This document shows, piece after piece, positions 12,187 through 26,787 of a stretch of DNA of 64,000 nucleotides (within the stretch, counting starts at the first letter, position 1; each line of letters starts with the position of its first letter). The position numbers and the translations under genes are program-made. The stretch is from positions 16,988,001 through 17,052,000 of the forward strand of contig OX597833.1 of the NCBI GenBank assembly GCA_951406725.2, written 5' to 3'. A model generated the notes under the pieces. It searched no databases, had not been told where the DNA came from, and was given only the letters and a program-made list of their open reading frames with translations. The stretch is from Octopus vulgaris. Lineage: Eukaryota.

Positions 12187-12843
12187 CAGGGTGGTCCACA
12201 AGTAGATTTACAGTTATAACGTAGCTACTTTAAATTTCTCTCAAAACATTTTATTACTTAAATTTCTATCGTAAAATTAACTAAATTGGCATAGAATAAT
12301 TGTTTCATATTTTTTTTTATAATTAAGATCTAAACTGTTAATATATGAATGCGAAAGAGATTGTTGAATACCTATTTCTTTACTACCCACAAGGGGCTAA
12401 ACACAGAGAGGACAAACAAGGACAGACAAACGGATTAAGTCGATTACAACGACCCCAGTGCGTAACTGGTACTTATTTAATCGACCCCGAAAGGATGAAA
12501 GGCAAAGTCGACCTCGACGGAATTTGAACTCAGAACGTAGCGGCAGATGAAATACCTATTTCTATTTCTATTTCTATTTCTTTTTCTTTACTACCCACAA
12601 GGGGCTAAACACAGAGGGGACAAACAAGGACACACAAATGGATTAAGTCGATTATATCGACCCCAGTACTTATTTAATCGACCCCCAAGGGATGAAAGGC
12701 AAAGTCGACCTCGGCGGAATTTGAACTCAGAACGTAGCGGCAGACGAAATACGGCTACGCATTTCGCCCGGCGTGCTAACGTTTCTGCCATTTCGCCGCC
12801 GTAGATAGTTGAATAACTATTAACCTACTTTTGGGCCACCTTG
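12187..12843. mobile_element. Tc1/mariner-type MITE with a nested SINE A dimer (12370-12801, minus)
   Basis: TA|cagggtggtccacaagtag ... ctacttttgggccaccttg|TA. The SINE is flanked by a TSD-like agat(t/a)gttgaata. Confidence 0.8.
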
Positions 12844-13265
12844 TATAATTTCCTGGTCTATGACAAAAAATTATTTGGACCCAACGAGATGGTGTACAGC
12901 ATTTACTTTGCCTCTGTACATCATCGAGTGTTTACTCTGTTCTCAGCTTGATAAACAATGGTAAACTGGGAGACAGAAATATGCACAAGGCATGAATGAT
13001 AATATTTACATACCCAATAAATACGCTACAACTGTGTAAAGTCAAACATATTTGAAGTCTAACCATAGTATTGAGTTCAAAGTGCATCTTCACTCACCAA
13101 TTACACTGTGTAACAAAATTGTTGCCGTGAGACGAAGGCGTGGCTTTGTGGTAAGAAGATTGCTATAGTTCCGGGTTCAGTCCCACTGCGTGGCACCTTG
13201 AACAGACGTCTTCTACTATAGCCTTGTGAGTGGATTTGGTAGACGAGATATATATATATATCCCG

Positions 13266-13321
<56 letters not shown>

Positions 13322-13332
13322 CTTATGTATAA

Positions 13333-13390
<58 letters not shown>

Positions 13391-13586
13391 TTTATTTAAA
13401 GCAAAACAAACAAGGAAAATCTCTAATCAATACATCAGACAGTTTTTTAGCAAAAACTGTCTGATGAACGGCAACGAAAACTCGCCACTACAATTTTGTT
13501 GAATTTTTGTCTTTAAATAAACATATTACTTACCACTGGTATTTGAGTACTTTTTTTCCACCTTGTTTCACATTTATGTGTTTACT

Positions 13587-13638
<52 letters not shown>

Positions 13639-13713
13639 ATATATATATGAAAATATATCAATATATACAGGTTTATGAAATAAACATAAGACGATAGGCA
13701 GGTGGAATACAAA

Positions 13714-13749
<36 letters not shown>

Positions 13750-13794
13750 ACATATCTTGTATTGTATGTATGTATGTATGTGCTTGCACCCTCC

Positions 13795-14018
13795 CTCACC
13801 ATTGCCAGACAGCCGGTATTGCGACGTCACTGATGCCAGGCTGAATCGGCCTTTGCCTTTCTCTTGGATAACATCGGTGGTGTGGAGAGTGGGGTGGGCT
13901 CGAATACATGAGCGACTGCTGGTCTTCCATAAACAACCTTTCCCGGACTTGTTTTTCGAAGGATAATTTTCTAAGTGCAATCCCATGCTCATTCATGACC
14001 GAAGGGGGTCTTTACCCT
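13795..14018 (+). mobile_element. SINE family C, 3' part
   Basis: Homologous to 36810-37010. Confidence 0.8.
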
Positions 14019-14029
14019 AGCAATTCTAT

Positions 14030-14208
14030 AGGCGTAGGAGTGGCTGTGTGGTAAGTAGCTTGCTTACGAACCACATGGTTCTGAATTCAGTCCCACTGCG
14101 TGGCACCTTGGCCAAGTGCTTCCACTATAGCCTCGGGCCGACCAAAGCATTGTGAGAGGATTTGGTAGACGGAAACTGAAAGAAGCCCGTCGTATATATG
14201 TTTATACA

Positions 14209-14270
<62 letters not shown>

Positions 14271-14530
14271 GTGTGTGTGTGTATGTGTGAGTGTGAGTGT
14301 GAGTGTGTGTGTTTGTGTGTCTGTGTTTGTTCCCCCGACATCGCTTGACAACCGAAGCTGGCGTGTTTACGTCCCCGTAAATTAGCGGTTCGGCAAAAGA
14401 GACCGATAGAATAAGTACTAGGCTTACAAAGAATAAGTCCTGGGGGTCGATTTGCTCGACTAAAGGCGGTGCTCCAGCATGGCCACAGTCAAATGACTGA
14501 AACACGTAAAAGAGTGAAAGAGAGTAAAGA
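14030..14530 (+). mobile_element. SINE family B, full length
   Basis: Head and tail both present. Confidence 0.92.
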
Positions 14531-14872
14531 GGTCAGTAAATAGAAACAGCAATTACCACACATGGACAAAAATATACGCAGTGTTATAGAACGCTAAAGC
14601 TACTTGTATCGGTGAACTTGTATCGGTTTATATATTTGTCATTCGTAGAGTTTATATATATATAGCAAGCCGGACATAATTCTTAGCAGTATTTCTTCTG
14701 GCTCTTCTACGTTCTGAGTTCAAATCCAGCCGAGCTCAACCTAGCTTTCTATCCTTTCGAGAACGATAAAATAAATTGCCAGCCAACACTTACCGACTCC
14801 CCTTAAAATTGCTGGATTTGTGAAAACATTTCTAGTATTCAGAGAAACAGATATAAAAGTGCTTGCATAATA

Positions 14873-15091
14873 CGAGGGTGTGATGAAAAGCTGGTTTTAA
14901 CGGTATTCCGAAAGGCATGGCAAAAGGCCCAATGTTGTGTGAATCCGAGACGGGAATATGTTGGCTAAAATCACAACTTACTAAGAGAAGGTAACTCTAC
15001 ACAAGTCTGTTTCGTGACGCTGGTATCACTTAGCACCAGACCAATAAAAGTTTGAAGGACCAGAGAGTGGGACAGCTTTTACACACACCCA
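14873..15091. mobile_element. Degenerate mariner-type MITE
   Basis: TA|cgagggtgtgatgaaaagct ... agcttttacacacacccag|TA, imperfect TIRs. Confidence 0.5.
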
Positions 15092-15461
15092 GTACACTAT
15101 GATAATATTCATCGTGCAAAGGTTTCAACAATCCAGGACACAAGCACTAACTCCATCACACATTCTTCATACGCTAAATGATGATAGTGGGAATAGGCGA
15201 CGGGGATAGGTAAGGGCTGTTACTGTAAGTCTTCAGCGTTGATCCAGCACACAGGCGGCCATACGGTGATGGTCGTTTCCCACCGACCTTCGACCGAAAC
15301 AGTCAACAAAAAAGAGTGTGCAGCTGTTTCTTGCTGGAAATTCGATAAATCCACGAATGGGTCCGGAAGAAAAAAAAATGAAAGAAACCCAGAAGTATTC
15401 TGCTAAATCAGCCGCCTTCGTTACTCTAAGTTTGCACATGTGTGTACGTGTAAATGCTTCG

Positions 15462-15525
<64 letters not shown>

Positions 15526-15700
15526 ACGTATATGTTTATATTCTTGCGGATAAACGTATGCACAAATTTATGAGCATATATCCATATGTGTATGCATTGG
15601 TATATAGACAATCATTGTATGTGGAGATATTTAAACCATATATATATATATATATATCAATAATAAGGATTATTATGAAGTAGCATTAGTATTCTAATTT

Positions 15701-15754
<54 letters not shown>

Positions 15755-15874
15755 GTATATACACATATATATATATACAAACATACATACATATATATAT
15801 GCATATATACATACATATTCTTTTATTCTTTTATACATTTCAGCCCTAAGAGGGTGGCCATATAAATATATATA

Positions 15875-15933
<59 letters not shown>

Positions 15934-15946
15934 ATATAAACATATA

Positions 15947-15986
<40 letters not shown>

Positions 15987-16918
15987 TATCTAAATACATA
16001 TGTTCCATCAAAGATGAATTCCAAAATATTTCTCTAATATATAAATATATATATACTTACATACATACATAATACATATATATATACTTATATATATAAT
16101 ACATACATACAACATACATACACACACACGCTCACACACACACACACACGCAGTTGCATACCTCGTTGTGAATGCATTAATTGTATAGCTTTATAAAGCT
16201 TCGCTATTTGAACTAATGTCATTAACCATTTCTGATACAAAAAAGAAAAACACCAGTTTTATCCAGCCATTCAACTGCCTCTTTGTCTCTCCAAAGTTAA
16301 CTTAATTCTTTACACATTTCATTTTATGGCATATACGCTTTGTTGTCTTATATATTTCATGATATCTTACTGTCCATTTTATTGAACATTTGCGTGGGTA
16401 CAAGTCAATATTCACGAATCGATAAAACCACGTACATGCAATGCAAAGAAGACAAAACATAGTTACATGGTTTTTCCCAGCATGACAATGACGTGGACGA
16501 TTGCTATTGGTTGAAATGAATTTGAACTAACCCACGGTGTTTCTATTATTTGATTTTACATTGTCTCAGCATCTATTTTATTAGAAATAAGTTAACGTCT
16601 GCATACACAATGGCTGATTCTTTTCACTGACCACTTACACTCCTACATACTCACAGTATAGACTTACACTCCTACATGCTCTCTGTTATTTGGTATAGAT
16701 TGTAATTATGTAAATTATAGTTACATTTATTTCTGCGGAAGCATGTCTGTGTGGTTAAGAAGTGCGCTTGGCAACCACAGGCTTCCGAGTTCGAGCCCAC
16801 TGTGCCGCAACATTTTCGGTCGGTGTCTTCTACCATGGCCCCGGACCGACTAATACCTTGCGAGTGGCTTTGGTAGAGTGACCCTATGTAGAAGCGCACT
16901 GTACATACTTACATACAC

Positions 16919-17391
<473 letters not shown>

Positions 17392-17982
17392 TTGTTTTGC
17401 AAAATAGTGGTTTTGTCTCTAATAATATTTTATATATATATATATGTCGTCGTTGCACTCCAGCGGTTACGACGACGAGGGTTTCAGCTGATTCGATCAA
17501 TGGAACAGCCTGCTCGTGAAATTAACTTACAAGTGGCTGAGCACTCCACAGACACGTCCCAAATGCAAATGCTTTCAATATATAGGACCCTAAGAAAAAT
17601 CGAAGTTGTAGAACCAGAAGTTTACATTAACTTCAAGATTCATTCTAGACATCACTATCGAACCACTGCTAAATTCCATTTTGTTAGTTTTGTTAAATGT
17701 ATTACTTCTGAAGGAGAAAAATGTGTTTATTCCCGACCCATTTTTAGCCTGGTTATTGAGTTTACACCTTCACTTCAGGCGGCTTCAAATGTCTTTATGA
17801 TCCTTTAATGTTATGTAGTGCCTATATGTGGACTGGGGTGTTTTATTTGATTTACTATACTGAGAGTTGTTACTGAAATTAACTATATTGAAAGTTATCA
17901 ATTTATGTTTCATAATTCGTTGTCTTCTCTTTAGCATATTGGTCGACGAAACATTTTTCTAAATACCTGTTTGTTTGTATGC

Positions 17983-18138
<156 letters not shown>

Positions 18139-18291
18139 AGATCTCTCTCTCAATATATATGTTGTCGTAAGAAAAAGATCGTCAGAATTTTGGATAATTA
18201 TTTATTTATGACTTTCGTTTCCCTTTTGAGAGATTCCTCATTAATGATTTACTTACAGAAAATTCATGCTATTATATGTTCCTGTGTACAT

Positions 18292-18345
<54 letters not shown>

Positions 18346-18638
18346 GTTGAAAAAATCTGAAGTTGATCTGGGAATTTTTCAACTCACACACATATATATA
18401 AAAGGCATGCGTCTTCTGTAAATAAAATATTCATGATGAGTCTCTCAAAAACAGATGGGAGTGCTAAATAAATGATTATCCTAAATCCTGACAACCGCCT
18501 TTTTCTTAACGTATAAAATCTGTACACCACTTCAAACAATCTGTATACACACACACACGCACATGCGCACTCACGTATATACTGAGAAAGAGATACACAC
18601 ACATACGCACATGCACTCACACACATATTTATACATAA

Positions 18639-19025
18639 TCTAGCAATATCACCCGACGTTGCTCGGGTTTGTTTCGATCCTTTAGAATTGGAATTTTTGA
18701 AAAGTAAAACTTTTGCATTATGTATCTTGTTATTCTCTTTAAGTAAACATTTTTTCTGGTTGAAATACACCGAAAAATGGCGACACAGCAGTCAAAACAT
18801 CGTAAAAAATAGGGATTTTCATAGAAAAAAAGCACCTTTTGATGTAAATAATTTTTGGTCTTAACATGGTCCGATTTGAATTTTATCTACTACGGAATAA
18901 AGAACAAGCCTTGTTCTATCATACTCTCAATTTTGGTCAACTTGTGCCGCAGGGTCTCGTAGGAGATAGTGTTTGTTGAAGGCTACCAAACCTGCCATAC
19001 ACAGACAACTTCAATTTTATAAAGA
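18639..19025. mobile_element. Helentron/DINE-1-type non-autonomous element (HINE-like)
   Basis: Starts ctagc..cccgacgttgctcggg (hairpin) and ends cagacaacttca..tttata. Highly similar copy at 54392-54788. Confidence 0.65.
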
Positions 19026-19726
19026 GAGAGAGATTAAGATAGAGATAGATAGATAAATAGAGAGAGAGAGAGAGACTTACATGGACAGACGTTCAGAGAA
19101 CCGTTCCGTAGACGAATAAGACTGAGAGAAGAAAACGAAAAGTGAAACAGAAGCAAGAAAATGATAAAAGGAATAATGGAGAAAAGGAAGATATAAAAAG
19201 GAATAGTAATAGGCAAAGAGTCGCATAAAAACAAGAATGGATATGCATGAACGTAGTAACGTGTTTAGAAGAGATGTAGTTAGAGAAAACAGAAATATGA
19301 TAAACGGCGGGGAGTATCAGAGAGTTCTGAATTAAAAGGCAACAATTTTTAGCAATATTTTATCAGCTTCGCTTTGTCAAATTATGGCTACTTTCACTTT
19401 GGCGATTAACAAGTTTTTCTTTGTGTATATTGTTATTCTGGAATGTGGGTTTTTGATGTTATAGAATTATTTTTGTGCTGATCAAATAGTTTTGTTATCT
19501 CAAGGACATTGTCAATATTTGTCGAATGAAATATATAAAACAGATATATTACGAATATATTGTTACCACCCATACGAGGACAGAATGGTGAAACTATGCA
19601 GTGCTTCTGATAAGGCTGAAATCTGTGTCAAACCTTTGGCAAGCAGCAGAATTGTAAATGAAAGTTAGCGTTATTCTTTGATTTATTGTTCACAGACGAC
19701 AAAAAAAATTTTTTTTTCATCGGGAA

Positions 19727-20142
19727 TACTCTTTTTTACTCTTTACTCTTTTACTTGTTTCAGTCATTTGACTGCGGCCATGCTGGAGCACCGCCTTTAG
19801 TCGAGCAACTCGATCCCGGGACTTATTCTTTTGTAAGCCCAGTACTTATTCTATCGGTCTCTTTTGCCGAACCGCTAAGTGACGGGGATGTAAACACACC
19901 AGCATCGGTTGTCAAGCAATGCTAGGGGGACAAACACAGACACACAAACACACACATATATATATATATACATATATACGACAGGCTTCTTTCAGTTTCC
20001 GTCTACCAAATCCACTCACAAGGCATTAGTCGGCCCAGGGCTATAGCAGAAGACACTTGCCCAAGATGCCACGCAGTGGGACTGAACCCGGAACCATGTG
20101 GTTGGTTAGCAAGCTACTTACCACACAGCCACTCCTGCGCCT
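19727..20142 (-). mobile_element. SINE family B, full length
   Basis: Homology to other family B copies. Confidence 0.92.
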
Positions 20143-20539
20143 TAATCAATGTTGCTGTTGATTTTGAAATGTGGCTTTGTGGCATTATATGTTGATTAAA
20201 TTATTGTGTTGTTCAATTTTGTGCTATTTTACGAGAATGGTGAAAACGTAAGCTTGTCATTGCAAGCATTGAAATGAATTCTTCTTCAGCTGCCAACCAA
20301 GATGATAACAGTTATAGTTTAATTAATTAATAGTTGTAACGCTATTAACAAAATTGCCTTAAAAGCGTACTAGAAAAATAGACAGGCTATTGTTGTATGT
20401 TTTTTTCTTTTCTTGATACCGTTCTTTAACTGCAATTCAGCTCTGATCATGTACTTCTATAATCAAAGAGTTTCCAGCCGTTCTTATACATTAGTGCAGT
20501 GATATTCAAGAACAGATGAAGACGTTAAAGCAATTTTAT

Positions 20540-22110
20540 ATATTCACACATTTATAAGAATGGACTATACTGAGAGTACACCACAAATTTATAAGAATGG
20601 ACTATATTGAGTATACATCACACGATTACAACAAAGTACTATTTTGATAGTATGTCAAACATTTATATGAGTGGACTAAATAGAAAAGACGAGGCGGCGA
20701 GCTGGCAGAAATGTTAGCACGCCGGCCGAAATGCGTAGCCGTATTTCGTCTGTCGATACGTTCCGAGTTCAAATTCCGCCGAGGTCGACTTTGCCTTTCA
20801 TCCTTTCGGGGTCGATAAATGAAGTACCAGTTACGCACTAGGGTCGATGTAATCGACTTAATCCCTTTGTCTGTCCTTGTTTGTCCCCTCTGTGTTTAGC
20901 CCCTTGTGGGTAGTAAAGAAATATATATAGAGAAGAAGTCACACACTTATACGAAGGAATTATATTAAGAGTACGTTACACATTTATGCGTGAAAGGAGA
21001 ACATCATTTATACGAGAGTACTATATTGACAACACATTCATATTTATATGAGAAGACTGTACAGTTCTATATTCAATAGATGAGGAATTATGAACATTAT
21101 TTACATTATTTACATTTGACGGATATTTGTCCTCATCTTGTCTGCCTTCAGAGCTTTCTAGATGTCGGCTACTTACATTAATTACTGCTTTCAAGGTGGG
21201 TGACGAACTTCAGTCCTCATTCTCTGACCTTTAAGTTCACAATCTTCTTAATCTGGCGTGTCTTCACCGTTTCAAATTCTTTCACGTACGACTTTTCTAG
21301 ATCTTGTCAAATTCTCTTTCTATCAGCATCTCTGGTTATTTTCCTAAGTAATGAAGATAACGTGTCTTTGATTTTTGATTTCGTTATATAGTTGATGTTT
21401 TTTTTCCAACCGTTGTAATGGATCCTCTCACAGACGAGGGCATGTCCTGCCCTTTCCGCTACTCTTCTAGCTTTATATGAATCCACTGGTGTCATTATAC
21501 TCTCTTTCTCTTTTACTCCTTTACTCTTTTACTGTTTCAGTCATTTGACTGCGGCCATGCTGGAGCACCGCCTTTAGTCGAACAAATCGACACCGGGACT
21601 TATTCTTTCTAAGCCCAGTACTTTTTCTATCGGTCTCTTTTTGCCGAACTGCTAAGTGACGGGGACATAAACACACCAGCATCGGTTGTCAAGCAATGCT
21701 TAGGGACAAACACAGACACACAAATACACACACACACATATATATATACATATATACGACAGGCTTCTTTCAGTTTCCGTCTACTAAATCCACTCACAAG
21801 GCATTGGTCGGCCTGGGGCTATAGCAGAAGACACTTGCCCAAGATGCCACGCAGTGGGACTGAACCCGAAACCATGTGGTTGGTTAGCAAGCTACTTACC
21901 ACACAGCCACTCCTGCGCCTATTATATTCAAGTTAAGGACAAATATCCGTCAAATGTAAATAATGTAAATGAGAAGACTGTGTTGAGAGTACGCCACACA
22001 TTTATAAGCGAGGTCTATATTATGAGTACATCACACTTATACGAGGGGAGCATATTGAAAGTACGCCTCACGTTTATACGAGATGGCTAAATCGAGAGTA
22101 CACGAAAGGT
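20540..22110. repeat. Degenerate ~37-bp minisatellite interrupted by a SINE A (20692-20922) and a PLE insertion
   Basis: Recurring unit approximately CACACATTTATACGAGAGGACTATATTGAGAGTAC. Confidence 0.7.
21061..21968 (-). mobile_element. Internally deleted Penelope-type element with inverted termini, a 13-bp TSD and a nested SINE B (21499-21920)
   Basis: TSD atgagaagactgt at 21048-21060 and 21969-21981. Perfect 35-bp IR at ~21099-21135 / 21936-21970. Minus strand RRVAERAGHALVCERI...TRQIKKIVNL resembles a Penelope N-terminal region. Confidence 0.65.
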
Positions 22111-22150
22111 TTACACAAAAGGACGAGACGAGCCTATAGAAAATACGTTA

Positions 22151-22562
22151 TAGGCGCAGGAGTGGCTGTGTGGTAAGTAGCTTGCTAACCAACCACATGG
22201 TTCCGGGTTCAGTCCCACTGCGTGGCACCTCGGGCAAGTGTCTTCTGCTATAGCCTCGGGCCCACCAAAGCCTTGTGAGTGGATTTGGTAGAGGGAAACT
22301 GAAAAAAGCCTGTCGTATATATGTATATATATATATATGTATGTGTGTGTATATGTTTGTGTGTCTGTGTTTGTCCCCCTAGTATTGCTTGACAACCGAT
22401 GCTGGTGTGTTTACGTCCCCGTCACTTAGCGGTTCGGCAAAAGGGACCGATAGAATAAGTACTGGGCTTACAAAAGAATAAGTCCCGCGGTCGATTTGCT
22501 CGACTAAAGGCGATGCTCCAGCGTGGCCGCAGTCAAATGACTGAAAACAAGTAAAAGAGAGT
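22151..22562 (+). mobile_element. SINE family B, full length
   Basis: Head and tail both present. Confidence 0.92.
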
Positions 22563-22914
22563 ATACGTTAATGCAAGGGGAATGTATTCGCTTCAACAAA
22601 ATATTGATGTTTTTTTGCGCCATAGGAATTTGGAAACTTCGAATTGCCCCGTTAAAAATTATTTATTTCATGTCTCCCAAAGCTGCTGTAAGCAACATAC
22701 AATTCTCGCTGGCAAGGACAATGTTTCTGAAATGGAAGCAGTAATTCGAAGGATTACTTTGGTCAAATAGTAGAAAATCTGTCATATTTACAGAAGACGA
22801 GGGTTCAGCCGTCAACGTTCTCCATCCAAAGGTTATTCAGTCCAATGTTTACACGTTATTATTTATAGCTTTATGTACTTCGAGTCCCATCGTTATTATG
22901 ACTGGTACTTATAT

Positions 22915-23552
22915 TGGTTTCAAATTTTGGCACAAGGTCAGCTATTTCTGAGATGGCGGGATAATCACCTATATGAACACCCTAGTAATAATTTTATTGA
23001 TCCCGACATGATGAAAGGCACAGTCGACCGCGACAGAATTTGAACTCAGAACGAAAAGACTGATGAAATGCCCGGTGTGTTAACGATTCTGCCAGCTCTC
23101 CGTACTCATAATGATTTCAAATTTCGGCACTAGTCCAGCAAGTTCGGGTGAGGGGTAAGTTCATTACATCGATCACAGTATTCAACTGATAATTAATTTT
23201 TTCGACCCCGGAAGGATGAAATGCAAAATTGACCTCGGCGGAAATTGAACTCACAACGTAGAGACAAGTGACATGCTCTAAGCACTTCGCCTGGCGTGCT
23301 AAAGATTCCGCCAGCTCGCCACCCTTCGCTGTATTTATATTCTTTTCAACTCTAGGCACAAAGCTCGAAATTTTGGGAGAGGGGCCAATCGATTGAATCG
23401 ATCCCAGTACGCAACTGGTAATTAATTTATCGACCTCAAAAGGATGAAAAGCAAAATCGACCTCGGCGGAATTTGAACTCAGAACCTAAAGCAGACAAAA
23501 TACCCGCTAAGCATTTCGCCCGGCGTGCTAACGGTTCTGCCAGCTCGCCACC
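22915..23552 (-). mobile_element. Three tandem SINE family A copies
   Basis: The core rc atcgaccc..gatgaaa..gtcgacctcggcggaatttgaactcagaac occurs three times. Confidence 0.85.
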
Positions 23553-23638
23553 CTTCGATGTATTCATATTAATATTAATCTGGGTGGATGAAGTTCAAAT
23601 TCATTCTTTTGCGAAATTCGAACGCAAAATGTAAAGAC

Positions 23639-23688
<50 letters not shown>

Positions 23689-23854
23689 CGGAAGCTTTTG
23701 AAAATAAACAGAAGACGAAGGCAGGTGGAAAACAAACGAACAATTGTATTAGTATGGCGCTCAGGAAATATAAATAAAAAAAGTCTTTAACGTTTCATAT
23801 ATATATATATATATATATCAGCGTGATATATATATATATATATATATATATCAG

Positions 23855-23946
<92 letters not shown>

Positions 23947-23951
23947 TCATA

Positions 23952-24000
<49 letters not shown>

Positions 24001-24589
24001 ATGTATGTATATATATATACACACACATATATATACATCACCGTTTGCGCCATTCCTCATACTTTAAGTGTTATCTGCTCACAAATTCACAAACATTTAG
24101 GGCATTTTGCAGTCGATTGAATGAACAGTAAATAGACAACTGATTGATCATTTTATCGATCTAGGAGAGAAGAAAAATCGATAATAATGGTATTGAGTCC
24201 AAAGCCAATCAATATTAAATGCCCAACAGTCGTGTAAATCTTTGCTATGTGGAAAAAGATAAGTGTAATGTTTCTACTAGAAACCTTTGTCGTAGAGAGA
24301 TATGTTTGTTTTGCTGAAAAATAGAGTATGGGTGGGGGGAAAGACTAAGGAGAAATTTGACTTTGCAACCACGTGGTTTAGGGTTCAGTCCCACCTTGGG
24401 CAAATGTTTTTTCTACTACAACCCATCAACGATTTATGAATAAATTTGGTAGGCGGAAATCGCTAATAGACGATTATAAATTTTCTTGCTAAACGAATAA
24501 TTTGTTTTATATGTGTGTGTGTGTGTGTGTGTATGTTCGTGGTTAGATATGTAGAAATGTATGTGTATATATATAGATATGTATATATG

Positions 24590-24633
<44 letters not shown>

Positions 24634-24647
24634 TGCGTGTGTGTATA

Positions 24648-24828
24648 AAGGGAAAGTTTACGAAAATAAATAAAAGACGAAGGCAAGTGGTGTACAAACA
24701 AACAAATGTATTAGTATAGCACTCAGGAAAAGAAAAAGTCCTTTACGTTTCGAGCCTACGCTCTTCTACAGAAAGATACACAGAAAAAACAAGGAGAGAA
24801 AAAAATGTGTGTAGTAGCTAACGATCTA
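24648..24828 (-). mobile_element. Hammerhead-bearing ~180-bp element, subfamily 2 (partial copies at 13666-13716 and 23688-23796)
   Basis: Shares the tatt..gctcagga and tttacgtttcgagc motifs with subfamily 1; sits in TA/TG tracts. Confidence 0.7.
24739..24776 (-). ncRNA. Minimal hammerhead ribozyme with an A6U core variant
   Basis: Minus strand reads tcttt-CTGTAGA-a-gagc-gtag-gctc-GAAACGTA-aagga. Confidence 0.6.
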
Positions 24829-25172
24829 TATAGGCGTAGAACTGGTTGTGTGGTAAGTAGCTTGCTTACGAACCACATGGTTCCGGGTTCAGACCCGCTG
24901 CGTGGCACCTTGGGCAAGTACCTTCTAATATAGGCCGACCAAAGCCCTGTGAGTGGATTTGGTAGACAGAAACTGAAAGAAGCCCGTCGTATATATATAT
25001 GTGGGGGGGATGAAGTTCAAATTCACACTTTCGTGTGTGTGTATGTGTGTGTTGGTAAGCAAGCTACTTACCACACACCCACTCCTAGAAGAGCTGCCTG
25101 CTCTAGGGCTTTGTCAAAAATAAGGAGTGCTTTTTCTACCCCTGAGTAACCGATGGGTCCCGAACAGGTATT

Positions 25173-25403
25173 ACCTATTTCTTTATTACCCACAAGGGGC
25201 TAAACACAGAGGCGACAAACAAGGACAAACATAGGTATTAAGTCGATTACATCGCCCCCAGTGCGTAACTGGTACTTAATTTATCGACCCCGAAAGGATG
25301 AAAGGCAAAGTCGACCTCGGCGGAATTTGAACTCAGAACGTAGCGGCAGACGAAATACCGCTAAGCATTTCGCTCGGCGTGCTAACGCTTCTGCCAGCTC
25401 GCC
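25173..25403 (-). mobile_element. SINE family A with TSD
   Basis: Flanked by ccgaacag(g/a)tattacc. Confidence 0.92.
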
Positions 25404-25705
25404 GAACAGATATTACCGCTCCGGGTTAGTACGGGCCTAGCAGTAATGGTAATTAAGAGATGATTCCACGTTCCTCCACAACTCCAGAATTCCCGAACTG
25501 GAGACTCAATACTGGATGTAGTTGAATGTCATATCAAAGATACACATACATACTCGCACACATACATACATACATACATACATACATACATACATACATA
25601 CATACATACATACATACACATCAACACACACATACTTACACACATGCATGTATACATACATACAAATATACATACATACATGCATACATACATATACACA
25701 TGCAT

Positions 25706-26103
25706 AAAGGAATCTCAAGGTACTCTATCCAGATTGCATGTTCAGGTTTATACCAGTAATTATTGGGGGCGCTGCCTAAGTACGAGTCTTGAGACATTAG
25801 GCTTCTCAAAACCAGAAAGAAGAAAGTTAATTCGAAGACTATAGATTCAAGCTATCACAGGAACTGTAAAGATCTGTAAAACTTTCCGGAAGTTTATCGT
25901 TTAAGTATACATGAGCATGTATAGATATGCAGCTATGTGCATAAAAATACATAAAACAAACCAAAACAAACAAATCTGCACGTATACATACTTACAAAAA
26001 TAACCTGTTGATGTCGAAATTCCAATGAAGGAACCTTGAATCTAGGTTAGAAACCGGCTCTTTCTCTATTGACAAGACATCTTGAAATAAAACTGAATGA
26101 TGA
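25706..26103 (+). mobile_element. 3' end of a REL-type non-LTR retrotransposon embedded in (TACA)n; solo tail repeated at 26788-26897
   Basis: LKVLYPDCMFRFIPVIIG(AL)...LIRRL*IQAITGTVKICKTF*. The tail ends aaactgaatgatga-CATACATAC. Confidence 0.7.
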
Positions 26104-26387
26104 CATACATACATACATACATACATACATACATACATACATACATACATACATCCATACATACATACATACATACATACATACATCCATCCATCCATCC
26201 ATCCATCCATACATACATACATACATCCATCCATCGATACATACATACATACATCCATCCATACATACATACATACATACATACATCCATCGATACATAC
26301 ATACATACATACATCCATCCATACATACATACGCACATACATGCATACATACATACATACATACACACATACATACATACATACATC

Positions 26388-26419
<32 letters not shown>

Positions 26420-26619
26420 CATACACACATATCCATCCATACATACATACATACATACATACATACACACATCCATCCATCCATACATACATACATACAT
26501 ACATGCATACATACATACATATTTACATACATACATACATACATACATCCATCCATACATACATACATACATACATACATATTTACATACATACATACAT
26601 CCATACATACATACATACA

Positions 26620-26650
<31 letters not shown>

Positions 26651-26679
26651 GTACATACATACATACATACATACATACA

Positions 26680-26741
<62 letters not shown>

Positions 26742-26755
26742 CACACATACATACA

Positions 26756-26787
<32 letters not shown>
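26104..26787. repeat. ~680-bp (TACA)n/(TCCA)n microsatellite
   Basis: Direct reading. Confidence 0.97.

Noticed and set aside
15255-15265. 5S rRNA start (ggcggccatac)
   Set aside because: The similarity does not extend.
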